Shown here: positions 12,761 through 26,749 of the stretch, piece by piece | Numbering within the stretch: position 1 is the first letter of the stretch | How the letters are laid out: each line of letters starts with the position of its first letter | Notes under the pieces: model-generated | The model's input: the letters and a program-made list of their open reading frames with translations, nothing else | Database searches by the model: none | Told to the model about the DNA's origin: nothing | DNA from: Polymyxa betae A26-41 | Taxonomy: Eukaryota > Protista > Endomyxa: Phytomyxea | Assembly (NCBI GenBank): GCA_003693705.1 | Contig: RBZT01000986.1 | Location: 1 to 58,870, forward strand | Reading direction: 5' to 3' | Length of the DNA: 58,870 bases | Translations under genes and position numbers: made by a program

Positions 12761-13449
12761 GATAATAAGAATAAGGCCGTCGGAGGTGAGGCGAGGCGAG
12801 GGAACGAAGCAATAGAGAGTCGAAGACGAGATGAGAAACGTGTGAATTTTGGAGTTGATCGGAATAATTGCGAAGGGGCCGCTCCTCGCCATTCATAGGG
12901 TAGTTGGGAGACGAGGGGACCAGCGCAGTCCGTGGCTGTTAGGGCTCTTCCCCTATAGGAGTCGTCAGCTGGGGCACAGTACTGTCATGCTCAATGGTCA
13001 TGACACGGAGGCAGTAGAGACGACAGAGACAGTAATTAGGACGACGGAGGCAGTGAGAACAGGTCGACGATGCGAGACGACCGATAGGGAGGTGTTGGTC
13101 AGAATGGCCACGCACTGCGTGTGGACGGTCGTTTGTCTTGGAGGGTGCGGGCCTCTGGCGCAGCCCGGGTTATTCTGTCATGGCTACCGGTAGTGTGCAT
13201 GATACTGATCGCATTGCAATGCTTGGCCAATCATTTGATGGAGTCGGTATCAACATTCCAGATGGTCAAATCAATCGCTTCGTCTCTCGGGTCCAGGTTC
13301 TCTGGGAACGAGAACATTCAGAAGTTGCTCTAAGAAAATCGCGATGAGCAAACAAAAATGCGAGAAACGTTGAATCGTGTTGCTTCGATTCAAGAGGCTA
13401 CGTTACAGCTTATGCAAAAGTTCATGTCTCAATAAACTTCCCGATGCTT

Positions 13450-14172
13450 ACGATTTCCAAAGATAATCTCTAATAGAATCCCGTTTGCGTTTTGCACCCT
13501 CTCCAGCAATTGCCTGTATCTGTTCATCATCAACACAAGCTCTGGCTTCTTGCCGGATTGTCCCGATCGTCATCTTCAGTATTACGTATCATTCAAGTGA
13601 ATGAAAATATTATGTAAGATAAAACAGGCCCGAGTAATTTTGACCATCTGCATCACTCCTTTTTTTCCGGCCTATTGCTTGTGTTGCCGTTGTTAAGATT
13701 TCCTTTTTGACATGCCGTCGTGAAGCTCGTACGGTGTCATACAGTGGGAAAAGAGCTGATAGCCAGCGTCCGCAATGATCATCATGTTTTTTGGACGCTT
13801 CTGCGCGATCGTTTTCCCGAATTCAAAGCGATTATAAACCCCCTTGTCGTTTTCAGATCCCGGTCGGAGACAATAATCTCGAATACGCATCCGGTAGTCA
13901 ACAACAACCTGTGCATTAATGACAGGATAGCCTTTTCGGCAATACCATCCTTCGAAATCTGCAGCTCGTTCAATCACGATGAGAGAGCCATCAACGGCTA
14001 GACATGTGTCGGGAAATCCACTTATCGCTTCGAAACCCTTCGAAACCTCTTCCCATTCATCGAGCGATTCGGGCAAGCGAATAAATCTACGCCCCAGGCA
14101 TTTGATTAAAACCCGTACAACCTGATCAATAAAGCTCGAAATCTGATTGGCTGGATTGGAAAATTGCGCCAC
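13450..14172 (-). pseudogene. PIF/Harbinger (HARBI1-like, DDE_Tnp_4) transposase fragment
   Basis: GFPDTCLAVDGSLI, WYCRKGYPVINAQVVVD, PGSENDK and IADAGY..MTPY. Premature stop at 13693, then ACFILHN downstream. Confidence 0.9.
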
Positions 14173-14777
14173 CGCAATTTCTACTTGAACCAGTAATAGC
14201 TCTTGTTATCTTCATGGGGAATCATATGGAGAGAGACAATCTGATTCAAGAAGCCTTTGCAAGATCAATCATCAATGGATTTGCAACTCTGGCTAATCGC
14301 TGACTGATATAAAAACGTACTAATTTGGAAATCTTGCCGCTTCTACATGCTAGGGTTAGGGTTTTTCCCAATAAACAACCGACCTCATTTCAATCTGTAA
14401 TCCAATGACAAAAAATACATCAAAATCGTGGAATCCGGTTTTAGATTCTGGTTTGATTAAACGGCAGTCTGAAAACCTGCAAAACATGACCATGAAGTGA
14501 CAGCATCCGAATCGTTGCCAATATCGAGTAATCATCTTGCATTATAAATGTATGTCTCCATCATAGCACAATTCGTCCTGATCGTCTAAGTATCACGAGA
14601 GGGATTTCGTAAAGAGACGAAAAGCAGCCCGCCCCAAATATAGATAGAAGTGGATGTGGACTGTGAAGTGAACATCATTGTCCATCTGTCTCTCTCTCTC
14701 TCTTCAATATCACATATATAGCCTGTAGTCAGGATCACCATCATCATCTGTCGTCCTGGCTTCAATACTGACATCAA

Positions 14778-17700
14778 ATGGGCATTAAGCTACGAGATCT
14801 CATCCGACAGGTTCGTGCCTGTAAAACCCAGGCTGAGGAGCGCGAGACTGTCGCCAAAGAATGTGCCAATATTCGAACGGCCATGAAATCGGCAGGTATG
14901 CAGATCGGCTGCGATTAGAACTTGATTGTCTGACTTAACTAGACAATGCTGAAAGGCATCAGAGTGTCGCCAAGCTGCTCTTTATCCATATGCTTGGATA
15001 TCCGACCCATTTCGGCCAAGTCGAATGCTTAAAGCTAATCGCCAGCCAATCATTCCCAGAAAAACGTATGGGATATCTGGGTTTAATGGCCATGGTTGAT
15101 GAAAGGCATGAAGTTCTCATGCTTGTCACGAATTCCATTAAACAGTCTGTTTGGTTTTCATAACAATTACGAAACTCTGATTATCGTCGTTTTAGAGATA
15201 TGAACCATGCAAATCCGTTTATTGCTGGATTAGCATTATGTGCTCTGGGCAATTTAGCTTCACCAGAAATGGCGCGTATGCAATCTCTGCCGTTTCTCAT
15301 GCAACGTCTAATGCTTCTCTGCTTAGGCGATCTGCAAACCGAGGTTGAGAAACAGCTGAAGACGTCGTCGAATCCCTACATTCAGAAGAAGGTGTTCCTG
15401 GTTGCTTTGAGATCTATTCAAAGGGTCCCCGATCTGTTGCCGATTTATCTACCATATGTCAAGCAATCATTAACTGATAAGAATCCGTCAATTGTCCTGG
15501 TCGGGTTAGCATTGGCCGTGGAAATGATTCAGATTAAACCAAAGCTGAAGAAGAAATTCGCAAAGGTTTTGCTTGCTTGTTCATCAAACAATGTTTGCCA
15601 AATATTTGTTTGCAGTACGTTGATACTTTGGTGAAATATTTGAAAAATATGATCACATCTGGATATTCACCGGATCGAGATTTTGGAGGAATTAATGATC
15701 CTTTCCTGCAAGTTCGTATCATCAAATTTCTGTGTATTGTCGGAGAGGGCAATGCAGAAGCCAGCGAGCAGATGAACGATGTTCTAGCACAGGTAATCGA
15801 ATACATCTTAATGCTATTATGCGACCAAAATCATTCAGGTTGCCACAAACACAGAGCCATCCAAGAATCCAGGCAATGCTATTCTATATGAATGTGTTAA
15901 AACGGTCATGTCCATTGAAGCAGGTCAGCTGCAGATTGGTCCCTCTTCCCAATCAGTACTGAGCTATAGCAAATGCTTTAGAGTCCGGTTTAAGGGTGAT
16001 GGCCGTCAACATTCTTGGACGATTCTTGTTGAATCGTGACAACAATATTCGATATGTTGCTCTAAATACATTGTGCCAAAGCGTGAAGCAGAACATGCAA
16101 GCGATTCAAAGGCATCGGAACACTATCGTGGAATGTTTAAAAGTCGGTTTGTTAGTGTCGAATGGCTTCGTTCTGGTGCTTATTTCCATTACAGGATTCC
16201 GACGTCTCAATTAGGGCTCGCGCTCTTGATTTGATCTATTGTCTCGTTAATCGATCGAATGTTGAATCCTTGGTTCATGAACTCGTCACCTATTTACAAA
16301 GTCCCAATACCGAGAAAGATTTCCGTAGCGATCTCACCTCGCGAGTGGGTAGAATTGAAATCGAGGATCAGGATTGCTTCTAATGTCTTGTTTCAGGTTA
16401 CCGAAGTCGTTGAACGTTTTGCCCCAAATCCTAGATGGCACATTGACACCCTGATCGAGATATTGAAGATCTCTGGAAATGTGACCAAACTCAAAGGTCT
16501 TCATTTATTAAGACTTTGGAGGTGGTTTAAATGCTGAACTTGTATTGGATAGTTCCTTTTCGATTGGCCATGCTTATCACAGATAATCCTAATCTAAGGC
16601 CATACACGATTTTCACATTGTACAAGAATTTCACCACCGATCAGTCTCAGGTGACTTCAACATCTGATTTGTCCCGTGACATTGATCATGAATGTCTTAG
16701 ACGAACCTTGTCATTGTGTCACTCTGGGCGTTCGGCGAGTTTGGAGATATTCTCATATCGAGTGAAGGCGCTGCATCAGCTAATGAACAGAGCAAGTCTT
16801 CATTTTCACCTGTAATATTGTTTGGTGCATTTATCGACCAATACCTGATTTGCCAGCTATCAGATTTCGGAAGCCACTCTCTTTGCTTCAGTGCGAGATT
16901 GTTTGGCTAAATCTGCCAATCCTCCATCACTGATTAAGCAGTACTGTCTAATGGCGCTGCTGAAATTCTCAGTGCGATTTCCTTCATCTGAGCCCGAAAT
17001 TCGAAATATCCTTTTGCCTTACCGTTCATCAATCAGCACGGAACTACAGGTACTGTTTGCTTGCAGATTTCTGTCGTTTCGCTCAATGCGATTTGGAGGC
17101 TCGCGCCTGTGAATTCACTGTCTTCTTGGGGGATGAACTCTCTACCTTACGACCACCTACATTAGCAACAATGCCTGCAATTACTAAGAAGTCAGTGCTT
17201 CAAGGTATTAAGCTAAAGCCTATCATCGATTCATCTAAAATGGTCGCTGTAGAAGAAATTGGTGAAGCGCCTGAGGACGAGCTAGAGAAGGTAATGCATT
17301 GTCTCATTTGATGGTGATAAAGCCTCATTGATGTCTTAAGGCCGAGCCTTCCCCTGCTCCAGCTTCTTCTACGACCCCAGCTACATCTTCATCTCCTCTG
17401 GATCTTCTCGGTCTTGATATGGGTGTGGGTACTGGTTCTGCTGTTCCAGTCAAGGTTCGAGGGGTTTCACAAATGTGCAATCGTTTGTAATCAATTGATT
17501 GATAGGTGCAAGGCAACCCTGTTGATCTATTAGCTGATATATTTGGTTCAAGCGTTCCATCTCCATCTAATGCTCAACCAGCTGCTGCTAGCAACAGCAT
17601 GCCATTCGATATGTTCGGTTCTGGTGGTGGTTTAGATTTCAGTGCACCCTCGTATGATGATCTAATGATTATGCGTCCGTTGAAATTAATACATTCAAAG

Positions 17701-18115
17701 GCCCTCGTTCGCTGACCTGGAAGCGTTTAACCAAAACGGCATCAAAGTTGTATTCGGTCTCGAGCCAATCAAGTGCCCCGGTGGTCAATTTCGTATCAAC
17801 GCCACATTTAGCAGTTCACGGCCGGATGATATTGAACAATTCGAGTTCAAGGCTGCAGTTCCCAAGGTGATACCATTTGTTGAGGATTGCTGAGATCTAA
17901 TCACTTTGTATTAGTATATTCGTATTCGGTTGAATCCGGCTAGTGGTAGCACATTGTATGGAGAAGGTCGTGGTCCAGCTATTGAGCAGCAGATCGAAGT
18001 GATCAATACGACTCCAGATAAACCATTACTGATGAAAATCAAGATCGATGGCAGCGTTAATGGCACAGCTATATCAGAAACTGGACAGATTAATGAGTTC
18101 CCTTCAGGCCTCTGA
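14778..18115 (+). CDS. AP1G1: AP-1 adaptor complex gamma subunit; many introns
   Basis: [86 protein letters not shown], a DLL-motif hinge and a C-terminal ear (FKAAVPK..INEFP). Confidence 0.96.
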
Positions 18116-18255
18116 ACACTTATCAATAAATATCTAACTCCAATTGAGCATTGGCCCGGAGTGAGATCGTGCTGGCCCCTGACAGATCGCTCATTAATAT
18201 CTTGGCGAAGGCGGCCATCGCCCTTCCCGAAACTTTTCCTCTGCTGCAAACAGCG

Positions 18256-19454
<1,199 letters not shown>

Positions 19455-19485
19455 AAACCCTAAACCCTACACCCTTGTTGTTTAT

Positions 19486-20055
19486 TCAGACCGCTGTAGC
19501 CGTATTTGATTCCGTCTGTATAGATGCAGATTGTTGATCTCTCATTTGTATCCGTATAGGTTCATGATGTTCTATTCCTGTAGACACATCTAGCTCATGT
19601 TGTAGCTTACGAAGACGTTCTTCCATGATCGAGCTCATCGTACGATGTCGTTGCATCTCATCTTCGAGTTCTTTGATCTCAGCACGACATCGTCTTAGAC
19701 GTAGCTCTTTAGCTAATTCACCTTGTAGATCAGTAATACGAGCTTGTGTACGAGCAGCCTGTTCATTAAGACGATTAACAACATATCTAACTGCATCTTG
19801 ATTAACAGCTTTCTGTCGTGAGAATGCCAATCGTTCTAGACGTCGTGTTAATCCTTCTAGATGAGCTTGAGATTCAGCAAGACCTGTCTCAATTCGTGTT
19901 ATGATGGCGTCTTGAATAGTATCAACAGTTATGGGCTTATTATCGATAGAAGGCTCGGTCACTGATTCAACGATCTCCTGGATCGAGTCGAGCTCGAATT
20001 CAGGTAGTTCTGGCTTCTGGCGGTTGAGAGCTGGCTGCTTGCGTGCTTTACCCAT
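19486..20055 (-). CDS. hypothetical coiled-coil protein (189 aa)
   Basis: Uninterrupted ATG ORF with E/L/R-rich heptad pattern. Confidence 0.7.
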   Translation of the reverse strand: MGKARKQPALNRQKPELPEFELDSIQEIVESVTEPSIDNKPITVDTIQDAIITRIETGLAESQAHLEGLTRRLERLAFSRQKAVNQDAVRYVVNRLNEQAARTQARITDLQGELAKELRLRRCRAEIKELEDEMQRHRTMSSIMEERLRKLQHELDVSTGIEHHEPIRIQMRDQQSASIQTESNTATAV

Positions 20056-20729
20056 CGTTTAAATTGAATGAAAGATGGGCATGCTCGGGACCATTCAGCA
20101 CCAATCAATGAAATCGACCGAAGGGGTGAGAGGTGGCTCTCACAGCTTGCCTAAGAATATCCATAATTGGTTAGGGTTAGGGTTTCGCCCCATACAGGGA
20201 GAGATTTGTTATTTCAAACCTTCATCATGAACAGAAATTTCAATCGTTTGGGCTCGCAAAAGATGATTTCAATCGACAAGTTCGTGAAATTTTGAGCACC
20301 CAACGAGGGCGCTATTTTTCCAATGATGAGATCCAGCAGATTGAGATCATCGATCGGTTGTGAAACAATCTGTATGTGTTGAACTCGAGCATATATAAAG
20401 AGCAGCTATGAATCTGTATCTGTTCTGCTGAAAGGCGATGCATCTGTAATAATGCCCAAACACAAATTCAGCATGAAACTGTTCTCATCAATTTCATGCA
20501 AATTCATTCATATCTGAATCAATTCGTCTATTTACATTGTTCTGATTCGTTCTATTTTAAATGAAATGAAACTAAACGGGAACTTCCGCAGTCTATCAGA
20601 TCAGATCAATTTCGTGATCTTTGGAGGTCTCATCACCGGGGACGTCTCCCATCATATTGACGTCTGGGGGCGTCACCTGCCAGCCAGAGCTACAACGACG
20701 ACCTCCATAGGACTGCCCGCTGCCGATCC

Positions 20730-21963
20730 ATGAACAGTAAATCGCTCGGCGAACGAATTGCCAGACAGGTCGTTCGTGGGTTCTACGACGATGTTCGTCT
20801 CACTATAGATCCATATTGGATAATCTCTAAAAATCTATTTAGGTTCATGTTGTTGTATTTGATGGTCTCTTACTAGAAACAGCACAGCCGTACTGCCCCC
20901 CATCGGTTATCAGCTAATTCGAATTTATTGAATATGGTTTAGTGTTAATGACACCGATCTCGCTCAGCATCTCAGTCTGCCTCCAAAGCTAGTTCGAACG
21001 TGTCTACAGGCCCTAAAACGCGACGGATTCGTTCAAGAACGCTCCCAGCGTCAAGCAGCGAATGCGAAGAAGGCGACCATCTTCCTCTGGTCGTTCAGCA
21101 GCGAGAGATTCGCCCGAATATTTCGCTATCGTATGCTGATGATTCGTAAACGAGCTAATGCTCTTGCATCACAAGCTATAGCAGATGAAACATTCATCTG
21201 TTCATCAACTGAATGTTTCTATCACACACAGAATCTATCAACCATTGAGGCTATTCAAGCTTGTCGTCGTTTAGGCGTCACCGATTTCATTTGCGAGCAA
21301 TGTCGTAGCCCATTAACAAAACAAACACGAACCACCTCGCTCAATTACGAAGATCTGAAAAGTCGTATTAATCAGCAGATGATGGCGATCGAATCGCTCG
21401 TCTCTCAGCTCGTTCATCTAATCGCTCAAGAGCGTGCTGAACAGGCTGCTCAATCTGAAGCTCCTTCAGAACAAAGACAAGATGGGACTGCAGCTGGTCT
21501 TGAATCTGTTCAAGTTCATATTGAATCTCATGATGCTATGCATGCAAAGACTGTAGCAGCATTAGGTGCAGGACCAGCAGCATCTTCTTCAAATACAACG
21601 AGAACGAAAGCAACGCCTTGGGAGACCAATCGTGTGGTCGATGAACAAGATCTTCTGGAAGATGCAGAACATGATGAGAAGCTCGATGTGACAGCATTCG
21701 AAGAGATTCTCAGACGTCAAGAGATGGAGTTAACGCAGCCTGTAAAACATGAAATCAAAGCTGAACGTCCTGTCGATAGACATCATCGTCATCATCATGG
21801 TGATGAACATTTTGATTCCGTGATGGTGATGATCAGAGGCCAACCTGTCCCATTATCATCTGTCACTGAAGAAATGGCACAGAATATGACCAATGAGGAG
21901 TATCGCGCTTATGAGCATCTCTTAAGCTCTACCGATCTTTATCACGATGAATTTGATTTCTAA
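20730..21963 (+). CDS. GTF2E1: general transcription factor TFIIE alpha subunit
   Basis: RIARQVVRGFY..VVFDGLL..DTDLAQHLSLPPKLVRTCLQALKRD winged helix, zinc ribbon (FICSSTEC..FICEQC) and C-terminal RGQPVPLSSVTEE..MTNEEY..Y motif. Two 5' introns. Confidence 0.9.
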
Positions 21964-22060
21964 CGCTTCCAAAGTTAATATATTGATAGATTGCATTGCT
22001 GTATAGGGCTTTATTCACAGATTAGGACATTGCTGGAACATTTCTAACGGCCGATTCAGA

Positions 22061-22867
22061 TCATGATTTGGATTCCGTTTTCCTGCTGTCTAACAGGATT
22101 GTTACTGGACCATCACTAAACAATCATCATCAGATAAGATATCCATTTCACATTTTGAATCCCAACTTAATGATCTCGACATCCATCAAAGCGCCAAATA
22201 CGCCATCTGTTTTCGAATTTAGCAATGGCAACGAACTCCAATAGATTGGAGGACCAACCTTGGACTTTATCGGGTCGATATGCTGCTCGCATTTGTCCTA
22301 CAAAATCCAGATAGAATGTCTTAGCTGGATCTGGAGCCATTGATTTATGAAAGGTTGGTATAGAGCTGTTCTTTAACTCAGCATATAATGTGAACTGAGA
22401 CACTCAATACGATTTCAGTCTTATTGCGGCAGCAACACATTTCAACTCTTTGTAACTTTCATAATATCGAAATTTAGAAAAAAAAAACGAAATTTTGCAA
22501 TTGATGATTGAAAAGCTTAGAAAATGGAAAAGTACCCAGAAGAACGTCTCCATCAATATCGACAACATTCTGCTTCCAAGGTTTAGAATCAGGAGCAGGC
22601 CAGACCTTCAGCTTCAATAACCGTCTCAGTCTAAAAAAAAAATCTCAAACGACTCAGCAAAGAGAAAATCAGACAACGAACATGTAATCAATATCAGATT
22701 GGGTATCTTGTGGTGAGATTCCAATCAGAACACATAATCCACGTTCAATACGAGATACGACATCGCCATCGACCGTGACACTAGCCCTGCTGACACGCTG
22801 CACCACAGCTCGCTGCAAAGATCACAGATTAGTAGGAAAAGACGTAATGGCCCAGAGATCTGACCAT
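22061..22867 (-). CDS. DTD1: D-aminoacyl-tRNA deacylase; multi-exon
   Basis: M|RAVVQRVSRASVTVDG, SQFTLY, FGALMDVEII and DGPVTILLDS. ATG at 22867 is directly followed by an intron. Confidence 0.95.
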
Positions 22868-23099
22868 GATGATTGTAGCAGATAAGACAATACCCGAATA
22901 CCGGTAATAATGGCGCAGCGATTTGCCAAAGAAAATCCCCAAAAAAACAATAACGAGAAAGAATAAAAAATACAAAATCCCTCTATTGATAAGAGTCGGA
23001 AATGGACCAAATGGCCAAATGGATCTGAGTCCGTGACATACTGTTCTTTGGAAAAAATCGCTTTGCATCAACACTCTCGATTGATAACGGTCTTGACTC

Positions 23100-23982
23100 T
23101 GTTCAACACTGTTCTGCTGTGGAAGGTGGTTCTCCTTGATCATCTTCTGCTTCCTCGTAGTCAGCCCTACCGGTAGCCTTCCAATACATCTTCTATACCA
23201 ATCTCAGCTACCATCTGTATTCCTTCGTGTATGCGGTTCAGTTGAAGTGTAAGCTAGTAACAATCGTTTTATTCTCTTTTTCGCAAATTTGCTCAACCTG
23301 GATTCATGTTATTCAAGCTGTTAGCGAGAAATATTCGCCTTTGATGCTCTAACGTTTCCGTCATTGACAATTGATCGCTGTTGGCCTAAAGCTTTCCGTA
23401 ATGTATTGGATACACTGCTTTATCTTCTGCTGTGAATATGTTCTTGAAACGAGCTGCAAGCCTTTAACACGTCCGTTTTGTGATTATCCTCTTTTACACC
23501 GATCGCCACATCATATTTTGCCCTTGTCTGGCACGTGTTATGTCGATCATGGCTTTCTATTCTGTTAAAAGATTACGTCCACGAACCACATCATATGTTA
23601 GATGATCGAGCGCTACAAACTTCTCCTGATATTAGTCATCTCATGCTGGGCGTCCACTGCCTTTGATGTTTACATGACCTTATCTGATGGCAGCAGACCG
23701 CTCCATCACTTGAAGTATCGTACTCATAGTCGTCTCAAGACGCATTGGCTTTAGCAAGACCACTTCCATATCCGCAATCTGTTCTGAATCGTTAATATCC
23801 ACAGAATAGGGAGATGCCTGGAATTCGATATCCCATTCCTTACCATGCTCACAATCGAAGCGCTTATATGTTGGGAGCTCGTTAGATAGTCTATATGTTG
23901 AAAGTGAACTCGTTCGCTCGAGAGGTAAACATGAATCGATGATTCGCTTGTATTGTTCACAAGTATGTATTGCTTTTAACAT
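23100..23982 (-). CDS. possible spliced hypothetical protein
   Basis: 100-aa ORF 23680-23982 plus downstream protein-like segments. Exon phases could not be reconciled confidently. Confidence 0.3.
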
Positions 23983-24135
23983 TTGCTTTATGTATCCATG
24001 TCAGTATTTCCAAAAAGATCTCTATAAAAAAAGACATGAGTCATGAGCCTATGCAAGAACCGTTAATGGTACGATCGTTAAGATTAAGGATGTTTATGTG
24101 AATGTCATTCTAGTTTGAAATCATCTCATCAGATA

Positions 24136-25035
24136 ATGCCTGATACAGTATTAACACCAAGATCACATCTACTGATTATATCATCATCAGAATCACATCC
24201 TACTATTAGTAATGATCCATCACTAACCACTTCAACAGCATCTAAACCACCAAAAGATCGCTATATACGAACTCCAAGACATTCATACTTCCCATCAACA
24301 CCATCCAGATCGGTCTTTTCTGCTAAACGTCCTAGTTGGGGTGGAGCTGGCGTACTGGTCCCTGATGTGGCCAGCCGAAGTCAATCAACAGGACGAACTG
24401 GGTATGAGCATGATAGTTCTGCAGAATCATGGCAATGTGATAAGCAATTCCTAATGAGCATGATCAAAGAGATGCAATCAGATAGAGCTAATCTATCAGC
24501 AAGATTAGATAGTCAATTGTCTGCTGTTGAATCAGCTTACGAGCAAATACGAGAACTACATCAGCAACAAGATCGTTTAAGATCCATTGTCGAAGCTAAA
24601 AATACGGAAATCGAACTTCTAAGACAATATGAAGACAATCCAGATCTGAGCTCTAGACGTCGAGAACAACAATTAGAAAGTCGCATACAAGAGCTTTCAG
24701 AATCGGTTCGTGTATTAACTGAAAGATTAAAGACCATGGCAGAGATCAATCGAAGCCTAAGACAACAGATTCAAGATCTAAGTGCCAATACAATAGAAAG
24801 ACAGATGATAATAAGAAAGAGATGGGCAGCTGCTATCATGATACAAAAACATTGGAGACGGTGGATTCAACAACAACGTTATAAGGATCTAGTCTATGAT
24901 CGTATGGTGCTTGGGCAAGGTCAGAAAGCAGATGAACGAAGATGGCCATCATCTACTACTACATCCATACTAGTTAGTATGATGTTGGGTATTAGTATGA
25001 TATTGCTAGTATTGAAAGATAAGACAATAAGATAA
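24136..25035 (+). CDS. coiled-coil protein with IQ motif and C-terminal transmembrane tail
   Basis: Single ORF with S/T/P-rich N-terminus, long heptads, AAIMIQKHWRRWIQQQRY (IQ) and ILVSMMLGISMILLVL followed by KDKTIR-stop. Confidence 0.8.
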   Translation: MPDTVLTPRSHLLIISSSESHPTISNDPSLTTSTASKPPKDRYIRTPRHSYFPSTPSRSVFSAKRPSWGGAGVLVPDVASRSQSTGRTGYEHDSSAESWQCDKQFLMSMIKEMQSDRANLSARLDSQLSAVESAYEQIRELHQQQDRLRSIVEAKNTEIELLRQYEDNPDLSSRRREQQLESRIQELSESVRVLTERLKTMAEINRSLRQQIQDLSANTIERQMIIRKRWAAAIMIQKHWRRWIQQQRYKDLVYDRMVLGQGQKADERRWPSSTTTSILVSMMLGISMILLVLKDKTIR

Positions 25036-25359
25036 TTGTATGCCCTACATATATAATAAGCAAAGGAAGGTGCAGCTACTCATCATCATAGATAGGATAG
25101 ACAAGAGCCAGGTGTTGGAGCATGTCGGATCGGTGATTTGTAACAGTATCAAGTAACAAACAGGACCAAGTACGCAGGAGTTAATGAAGGGACGGGGTGA
25201 ACCCCAGCACACCACATGTTAATGGGATCGCAATCTCCAACAACTATCTCCGTACGGATTAATCGTTAGGCTTTAGTTGCGACCTCCATCTTCTACACTA
25301 GACCCGGTCACTCACCGAACATTGAAAGGCGTTTTCAATCTGATATCGACGCATCAGCT

Positions 25360-26259
25360 ATGGGACGAAAGAAGATTGAGATCCATAAGATTGATGATGT
25401 CAAGAATAGAGAGGTGACTTTCAATAAGAGGAAGGTGGGCCTTATGAAGAAAGCTATTGAATTATCTGTTCTGTGTGATTGTCAAGTTGCTGTTATTGTA
25501 TTTCATGGATCACATCTCTATCAGTATTCATCTGAACCAGCCATTACATCCATATTAGAGAAATACAATAATTACCAAGGCGCATATGATCAGATTCTCA
25601 ATGAAGACCTCGATGAACTTAAACCAGGTAAAGCGAGTTCGTTCAAGGTCGGGAAAACGTTCATCAAGGAGAGATATGAGCCTCAGCCTGCAATGGCAAC
25701 TGTTGTCATGTCTAATGATCACGTAGAGACATCGGAATCATCTCCATCATCATCAGCACTTGGATCACCACCTGCATCACAACATGCTCGACATCAGCAG
25801 CAGACACATCAAGTCTCATCACATCCACCAGCACCTCCATCAACATCATTACTATCAAAAAGAAAGAAACGAACTTTGAACGTTCATATTCCAGTTGGTC
25901 GTGATCAATCTGTTATAGAATTGGCTTCATCATATCGACATACAACATGTAATGGGACAAGTACGACCCCATCACAACAAGCACTCTTTTCACCAAGATA
26001 CGTTCGTGGACCAGGTGGCCCTGTTCCGGGAATGCTGGCTCCAGGTCCTAATACTTGGCCAACAGCCGTTCCATGCATATCTCCACCCTATCTACATTAT
26101 GGTTCACATCCAGGAGCAGGACCACCAGGTGCTGCTGGTCTATCATCAAGTCTGAATACGCCAACATTATCACCATTCGCTCCATATCCAGCACCATATG
26201 GTCATGGACCATCATCTCCTGCATTACCATTAGCAACATATCCGGTTGGACAGTTATAA
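25360..26259 (+). CDS. MADS-box transcription factor (MEF2-type), intronless
   Basis: MGRKKIEI..NREVTFNKRKVGLMKKAIELSVLCDCQVAVIVF..LYQYSS; P/S/Q-rich C-terminus. Confidence 0.95.
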   Translation: MGRKKIEIHKIDDVKNREVTFNKRKVGLMKKAIELSVLCDCQVAVIVFHGSHLYQYSSEPAITSILEKYNNYQGAYDQILNEDLDELKPGKASSFKVGKTFIKERYEPQPAMATVVMSNDHVETSESSPSSSALGSPPASQHARHQQQTHQVSSHPPAPPSTSLLSKRKKRTLNVHIPVGRDQSVIELASSYRHTTCNGTSTTPSQQALFSPRYVRGPGGPVPGMLAPGPNTWPTAVPCISPPYLHYGSHPGAGPPGAAGLSSSLNTPTLSPFAPYPAPYGHGPSSPALPLATYPVGQL

Positions 26260-26749
26260 TTATTAGCAATAGATTGCTGCTGCTGTCTTACCTTGCCAAT
26301 GTTATTTAACTTCTATATAACCTGTTCTGTCATTATATTTACTACATTCCTAACCATCGTAATCGCTATTTGTGTGCAGAATCCCAATTATGGTAGAAAC
26401 AGAACATCTGCAGTTTGATATCATGCATAGTGGTATATAATATTTATAGTGTAAAGCGGACGCTCAACCCCCAAAGACCAGCCGCGAATATTTCTAGCTA
26501 TTAATAGAGATGAGGAGATTGAGTGATGGATTTGTAGTCGCAATAAGACATTCTATTACTGGGTTAAATAGAGAGATGTGGCTCATATAATCGAGATCAA
26601 TAGACCGTTGTTGTTAGCTAGCCTGATCTAATCCATCCATCAGCCCAATGGTTCGAGTCGTACTGGCCACGACCATGTTATCTGCTCTGCTTGTGGACTA
26701 GATGCAGGAGCATGGTATCAGTGTCAGTCACATTGGCTGATTTGATGTC

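Noticed and set aside
22900-22990. Transmembrane helix FLFFLVIVFLGIFF as proof of a membrane gene
   Set aside because: Explainable by T-rich non-coding sequence; kept only as a low-interest possibility
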